Positions 46,319 to 51,237 of a stretch of DNA of 51,237 nt are shown here, in pieces. The DNA is taken from the NCBI GenBank assembly GCA_018263355.1, contig JAANXH010000045.1, forward strand, positions 1 to 51,237. The letters are read 5' to 3'. The first letter of the stretch is position 1. Each line of letters opens with the position of its first letter. The stretch is from Candidatus Woesearchaeota archaeon (GTDB lineage Archaea > Nanobdellota > Nanobdellia > Woesearchaeales > JAGVZT01). The notes under the pieces were generated by a model. It did not search any database, was not told the DNA's origin, and saw only the letters and a program-made list of their open reading frames with translations. Both the position numbers and the translations under genes were made by a program.

Positions 46319-47149
46319 ATGAGAGAAAGAGTAACTTTAACAATTGACGAGAATCTGCTAAAAAATATTGACCACAGTATTGATGGGCATAATGTTAAGA
46401 ACAGAAGTCATGCAATTGAGATGCTGCTCAATAAAGCATTAGGAAGCAAGATGCCTTCAAAGGCACTAATCTTAGCTGGAGGTAAAAGTAAACCACTAAA
46501 ATCTAAATTTAAAGATACTCCTCATGCATTGACTCCTTTTAATGGTTCTACTGTTATAGAAGAGATTATTAAATTATTTAAAAAATATGGAGTTAAAGAT
46601 ATTATTATTACATTACATCATGATGCAGATGTTATTCAAAATCATTTGGAAAGCAAAGATCTTGGAGTAAGATTAATATTTATAAAAGAAAAATTTCCAA
46701 TGGGCACAGCTGGCGCACTACGAAATGCTAAGGAATACCTAAAGTCAACTTTTTTTATGACAAATGCTGATGAATTAAAAAATATTAACCTAAAAGATAT
46801 GTATATGTTTCATCTGGATCATCATGGAAAAACAACTATTGCACTAACAACTGTTGAAGATCCAAGCAAATATGGTGTTGCAAATCTTACTGGGTACAAC
46901 ATAATTAGTTTTATGGAAAAACCAAAAAAACAAAATGCACCAAGCAACCTGATTAATGCTGGTTTATATGTTATGGATCCAGAAGCTATTGAATTTATAC
47001 CTGATGGGTTTGCAACTTTAGAAAATGATGTGTTTCCAAAACTAGCCAAGGAAAATAAGCTTATTGGATATTCCTTTGGTGGTCAGTGGTTCTCACTGAA
47101 TTCAGAGAAAGAGTATAGTATTGCAGAGAAAAAATGGAAGGACATCTAA
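46319..47149 (+). CDS. Ribbon-helix-helix domain fused to a sugar-phosphate nucleotidyltransferase-like domain
   Basis: RERVTLTID..LL..ID...NRS.AIE (RHH), then LAGG, MGTAGAL and FMEKP. Confidence 0.85.
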   Translation: MRERVTLTIDENLLKNIDHSIDGHNVKNRSHAIEMLLNKALGSKMPSKALILAGGKSKPLKSKFKDTPHALTPFNGSTVIEEIIKLFKKYGVKDIIITLHHDADVIQNHLESKDLGVRLIFIKEKFPMGTAGALRNAKEYLKSTFFMTNADELKNINLKDMYMFHLDHHGKTTIALTTVEDPSKYGVANLTGYNIISFMEKPKKQNAPSNLINAGLYVMDPEAIEFIPDGFATLENDVFPKLAKENKLIGYSFGGQWFSLNSEKEYSIAEKKWKDI

Positions 47150-47847
47150 ATGCCGTAATACTTGCAGGTGGCCTAGGTACAAGACTGAGACCTTTGACTG
47201 ATAACACTCCTAAACCACTTTTGCCAATAAAAGGAAAACCCATTTTGCTGCATATTATTGAAAATCTTAAAAAATATGGGGTTAAAGATATTGTTCTAGC
47301 AGTGTGTTTTGAGGCTGACAAGATTAAAGATTATTTTGGAGATGGCAGCAAGTTTAAAGTTAATGTATCTTATTGTATAGAAAAAGAGCCACTTGGAACT
47401 GGCGGAGCAATCAAATTAGCTTCAAGAGATTTTTCCAACCGGTTTATTGCACTAAATGGAGATAATCTTGGTGATTTTGATTATGACAAAATGCTAAATT
47501 TTCATAAAAAAAATAATGCAAAGGTTACAATTGCACTCTATCCAGTAGAAGATGTTACTCAGTTTGGTATTGCTGATTTAGATGAAAATAGGATCAGAAG
47601 GTTTATTGAAAAACCTTGCATTGCAGAAGCTCCAACCAACCTAAACAATGCAGGAGCATATATATTTGAGCCAGAGGTTATGGATAGTCTGCCTTCTGGA
47701 AAATGTTCTATTGAACGTGATTGTTTTGAAAAACTAGCTCCAAAAGGAGAAGTTTTTGGGTTTGAGCATGAAGGACAATGGTTTCCAACTGACAACATAG
47801 AAAGGTATAATCTTGCAAATAAGAGGTGGAAAAGTGAAAATAGATAA
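47134..47847 (+). CDS. NDP-sugar pyrophosphorylase
   Basis: LAGGLGTRLRPLT..PKPL, LGTGGAI, NGD and FIEKP. Confidence 0.93.
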   Translation: MEGHLNAVILAGGLGTRLRPLTDNTPKPLLPIKGKPILLHIIENLKKYGVKDIVLAVCFEADKIKDYFGDGSKFKVNVSYCIEKEPLGTGGAIKLASRDFSNRFIALNGDNLGDFDYDKMLNFHKKNNAKVTIALYPVEDVTQFGIADLDENRIRRFIEKPCIAEAPTNLNNAGAYIFEPEVMDSLPSGKCSIERDCFEKLAPKGEVFGFEHEGQWFPTDNIERYNLANKRWKSENR

Positions 47848-49192
47848 AAGTATTTTTAGAGCTTATGATATTAGAGGAGTTTATCCTGATCAGCTTAATG
47901 AAGAAGTTATTTACCGGATAGGTAAAGCTTATATAAAATTCATGCAAGAAGAAAACCCAGGAAAACAGGAGTTTACTATTGCAGTGGGTTGTGATATGAG
48001 GCTTTCTTCTCCTGCTTTGAAAAAAAGTTTAATTAAGTCATTAGTAAATATGGGGGTAAAAGTTGTTGATATTGGGTTAGTTTCTACCCCAACATATTAT
48101 TTTGCTGTAGCAAAATATGGTTATGATGGAGGATTAATAGTTTCTGCGTCTCATAATCCCAAGGAATACAATGGTACAAAGATTGTACGGCAAGGTGCAG
48201 AAGCAATTGGGCTAGTGAATGGTCTAGATAAGATAAGAGATTATGCTCAAGAGGATATAAAAGAAAGTGATTCTAAAGGAAGTGTTATTAAAAACAATAA
48301 GGCTTTAAAGGACAGAACAGATTATGCATTAGATTTTTATGATTTTAAATTAGATAAGATGAAAGTTGTGGCTGATGTTGCTAATGCTATGGGAAGTCCG
48401 GATATTAGAGAGCTTTTTTCACGTCTTGACTCTGAATTAATTGAGATGAATTTCAAATTAGATGGGACTTTTCCTGCACATGAAGCAAATCCTTTCAAAG
48501 AGGAAAATGTTGTAGATCTTAAAAAGAGAGTAGTAGAAGAAAATGCAGATTTAGGAATTGGGGTAGATGGTGATGCTGACCGTTATTTTTTTGTGGATGA
48601 AAAAGGAGAATTAGTTGAGCCTGGAATCTTGAGAGGCATTTTTGCAGAGGTTGTACTAAGACACAATCCTAAGGCAAATATTGGTTATGATATCAGGCCA
48701 GGCCAGATTACACATGATATGATTGTTGAGAATGGAGGAAAACCATTTGTTACCAAGGTTGGACATACATTGATAAAGAAAAAAGGTCGCGAAGTTGATG
48801 CAGCTTTTGCTGGTGAGTCTTCTGGACATTTCTTTTTTAAAACAGACTATGGATTTTTTGAAACTCCATTTATTGGAACATTAGTAATTATGGACGAGAT
48901 ATCTAAGAGAGGTCCATTGTCAAAGATTGTTAAACCTCTAAAAAAATATTTTCATTCTGGAGAAATTAATTTTGAAGTGGAAAACAAGAATGCAAAACTC
49001 TATGAGATTGCAAAAGCTTTTTCTGATGGAGAGATTTCTTTGCTTGATGGTGTTAGTGTCAAGTATGAGAATTGGTGGTTTAATGTTAGGCCAAGCAATA
49101 CAGAGGACAAGATTAGGCTAAATCTGGAAGCAAGAACTAAAGAGAAAATGGAAGAGATGAAATCAAAAGTCATAAAAGTGATTAAGTCTTAA
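47834..49192 (+). CDS. Phosphomannomutase/phosphoglucomutase
   Basis: FRAYDIRG, SASHNP, DGDADR, GESSGH and RPSNTE. Confidence 0.95.
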   Translation: MKIDKSIFRAYDIRGVYPDQLNEEVIYRIGKAYIKFMQEENPGKQEFTIAVGCDMRLSSPALKKSLIKSLVNMGVKVVDIGLVSTPTYYFAVAKYGYDGGLIVSASHNPKEYNGTKIVRQGAEAIGLVNGLDKIRDYAQEDIKESDSKGSVIKNNKALKDRTDYALDFYDFKLDKMKVVADVANAMGSPDIRELFSRLDSELIEMNFKLDGTFPAHEANPFKEENVVDLKKRVVEENADLGIGVDGDADRYFFVDEKGELVEPGILRGIFAEVVLRHNPKANIGYDIRPGQITHDMIVENGGKPFVTKVGHTLIKKKGREVDAAFAGESSGHFFFKTDYGFFETPFIGTLVIMDEISKRGPLSKIVKPLKKYFHSGEINFEVENKNAKLYEIAKAFSDGEISLLDGVSVKYENWWFNVRPSNTEDKIRLNLEARTKEKMEEMKSKVIKVIKS

Positions 49193-50281
49193 AGTTTTGT
49201 CCTTTGAATAATTTTTTGAAAATTCTCTTAACTTAGCAGGATTTATCTTTATTTGCTTTTTCTCTAGTAAATTCACAATTTTTTTGCTTGATAAAAACTG
49301 ACAAAACTGAGTTACATTATGTGGTTTTTGTGTGTATCTTGCTCTTTCAAAATCAATTAAAACTGGTGTATTGTTTTGCACAATTATATGCTTTACTGGA
49401 TGATGCATTTCCTGTTTGTTTATTTTTACTTTGTCTAGTTTGTATAGCTGCTGCAGAGTTTGGTTGATTATTTCTAGAATTTGGTTTTTTTCTGCTTTTT
49501 TAAAAAAATCAAGGATCATTTCTCCTTTGACAAATTCCATTATTAAGTAATCTTTCTCAGATTTCAATAGTTGAGGTCCAATCCCAAGCTTGTTTACTTT
49601 TTTTAGCATGTTTGCTTCATGAGAAATAGTGTTTATTGCTTTTGATTCTGGAGCTTTTATTTTAATTGCTACTTTTTTGTTATTGTATTCTCCTTTGTAC
49701 ACTAATCCTCTTTTTCCTTTTGCAAAAAGCTCTAGTTTTTTTACAATATTCAGGTTTTTGAGAAGAGCTGTTTTTCTTAGTTCATAAACAAAAAGTTTTT
49801 CAAAATCAAGCTTTTGTTCTTCTAATTGTTTTGATTTGTAAAGATTTTCTTTGATTGATTTATCAATAATTTCTTTGTTTGTTAGTGAACTAAAGAGTAT
49901 TAAGATAGTGGCATTGTTTTTTAGGTAGTCTTTTGCATTGATTAAAAATCTGACTAAAGTTTCGTATCCGTGCTTTCCTCCGTACAGTGTTTTATCTTCT
50001 ATTCCTTTGTCTTGAGGAAGATATGGGGGATGGAATATAATTAAATCAAACTTGTTTTTTATGTTGGAAAATAAATCTGATTGTATGAATGTGATTTTTT
50101 TGTTTTTTGGTGCTTTTTCTATAGCTATTGAGATATCTGCCCCAATTACTTTTTGAGCAGTTTTTGCTGCCTCCAAAGCTAAGATTCCAGAGCCTGTTCC
50201 CATATCTAGCACAGTTCCTTTTGCATATTTTCTAATATGCTTTTTTATTAAATATGAGTCTTCTCTTGGTTTGTATGTCAT
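49163..50281 (-). CDS. HemK2-like methyltransferase fused to an atypical Ser/Thr kinase domain
   Basis: Y.PREDS, DMGTGSG and FHPPY; then KGKRGLVY, VAIK and LIDFE. Confidence 0.88.
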   Translation of the reverse strand: MTYKPREDSYLIKKHIRKYAKGTVLDMGTGSGILALEAAKTAQKVIGADISIAIEKAPKNKKITFIQSDLFSNIKNKFDLIIFHPPYLPQDKGIEDKTLYGGKHGYETLVRFLINAKDYLKNNATILILFSSLTNKEIIDKSIKENLYKSKQLEEQKLDFEKLFVYELRKTALLKNLNIVKKLELFAKGKRGLVYKGEYNNKKVAIKIKAPESKAINTISHEANMLKKVNKLGIGPQLLKSEKDYLIMEFVKGEMILDFFKKAEKNQILEIINQTLQQLYKLDKVKINKQEMHHPVKHIIVQNNTPVLIDFERARYTQKPHNVTQFCQFLSSKKIVNLLEKKQIKINPAKLREFSKNYSKDKTLRLNHFYDF

Positions 50282-50308
50282 TTTAATCTAACATGAGTTC
50301 TTTCTCAG

Positions 50309-50602
50309 TTACTTTTTTGTAAGTAATCTGAAATAATGTTCACCACCAGTCAGGATTATGTGATTGTTTATTACCTCTTTAACAACATTTAAATTTTTCC
50401 CCCTCTTCAGCTCGGAAAAACTTTGTTGAGTTATAATATTAATGTCCCAATCATAATTAATTAAGCTAAAAATTGAATCGATTTTATTTTCAAAATCCTC
50501 TGTTTTTTCAGTATCTGGAATCACAAACAGTAAATCAATATCACTATCTTCAGTGTTTCTGCCTTTAACATAACTACCAAAAAGAATTGCTATGAAAAAC
50601 AC
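50309..50602 (-). pseudogene. Truncated/frameshifted nucleotidyltransferase (MNT) domain paralogue
   Basis: LFGSYVKG...SDIDL; upstream coding-like sequence shifts frame in an A-run at about 50641-50646. Confidence 0.6.
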
Positions 50603-50691
50603 ATTATTTATTTTATTCAGTTCATTTAGTATAACTGATATTTTTATGCTTTTTTATCACCTTCTCCAGTTTTTTCTTGTCTTTTAAATAA

Positions 50692-51237
50692 TCATATTTT
50701 CCTCTGTAAGCCATTTTTAACTGCCTCCTTTATTATCTGATAATAAGAATCAACACCATAAAACAATAAATGTTTTCTGAAAAGTTCTTTGCCAAAATTC
50801 TCTTCCTCATTAATCAGCATTTTATAAAAATCAGATTTCTTAATAACATGATAATCAATTTCTATAAGAGATAATCTTGAAATATCTTTGATATAAGGGA
50901 TCAATGTTTTTTCATTCATTTGATCATCTATGATGATAACTACATCAATATCAGAATTTTTTCTTTGATTTCCTACAGCATAACTACCTGTTACAAGCAA
51001 TGTAAAAAAGGGTGTTTTTTTTGATATTGATTTTATCATATCATCAACCACAGGAATCTCTTTGCTGAAAGCTTCTTTTTTATCCAAGAATGAAAGATAA
51101 TTTATTGTATTCTGATTATCCAAATTTAGTGAAATTAGATTAGTATTTCCTTTTTTCTCTAATTTTAGAATATGTTTACTTAATTTTTGTATTGCATTAT
51201 ATGTCCAGTTATAAGATTTTTTTTTTAATTTTTTCAT
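50692..51237 (-). CDS. Nucleotidyltransferase (MNT) domain protein with a wHTH-like N-terminus; probably 5'-truncated by the window edge
   Basis: TGSYAVG...SDIDV. Confidence 0.82.
   Translation of the reverse strand: MKKLKKKSYNWTYNAIQKLSKHILKLEKKGNTNLISLNLDNQNTINYLSFLDKKEAFSKEIPVVDDMIKSISKKTPFFTLLVTGSYAVGNQRKNSDIDVVIIIDDQMNEKTLIPYIKDISRLSLIEIDYHVIKKSDFYKMLINEEENFGKELFRKHLLFYGVDSYYQIIKEAVKNGLQRKI

Overview
AT-rich archaeal genomic window, most consistent with a DPANN lineage such as Woesearchaeota. Support for archaea: archaeal-type TyrRS, CCA-less tRNAs with bulge-helix-bulge (BHB) introns, BRE/TATA promoters, a PGF-pre-PGF surface protein, a COG1395-type regulator and a PolB2 cassette; the DPANN assignment is inference. 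Protein genes are mostly housekeeping or stress related: DEAD-box helicase, two MscS channels, GT4-HAD fusion, cold-shock protein, FKBP, PPDK, an AbrB-RelE toxin-antitoxin pair, TyrRS, MtaB-like methylthiotransferase, an ABC exporter, sugar-nucleotide genes and a 1968-aa Cys-rich surface protein. The most unusual signal is non-coding. (1) A structured RNA motif 'A' occurs in three copies (1-176 and 2344-2519 on the minus strand, 34308-34432 on the plus strand), with a fourth diverged core inside a ~410-nt highly structured element (1908-2321); two copies flank the DEAD-box helicase. (2) A separate ~150-nt motif 'B' occurs twice (36481-36628 minus, 45271-45426 plus) with conserved loops and covarying stems. 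(3) tRNA-Tyr and tRNA-Val carry homologous non-canonical T-loop introns. Other notable items are a PolB2 with a C-terminal VRR-NUC-like nuclease, an independently signalled 12-aa acidic microprotein, and several genes missed by the ORF track. All RNA structures and protein families were read by eye; no database searches were run.
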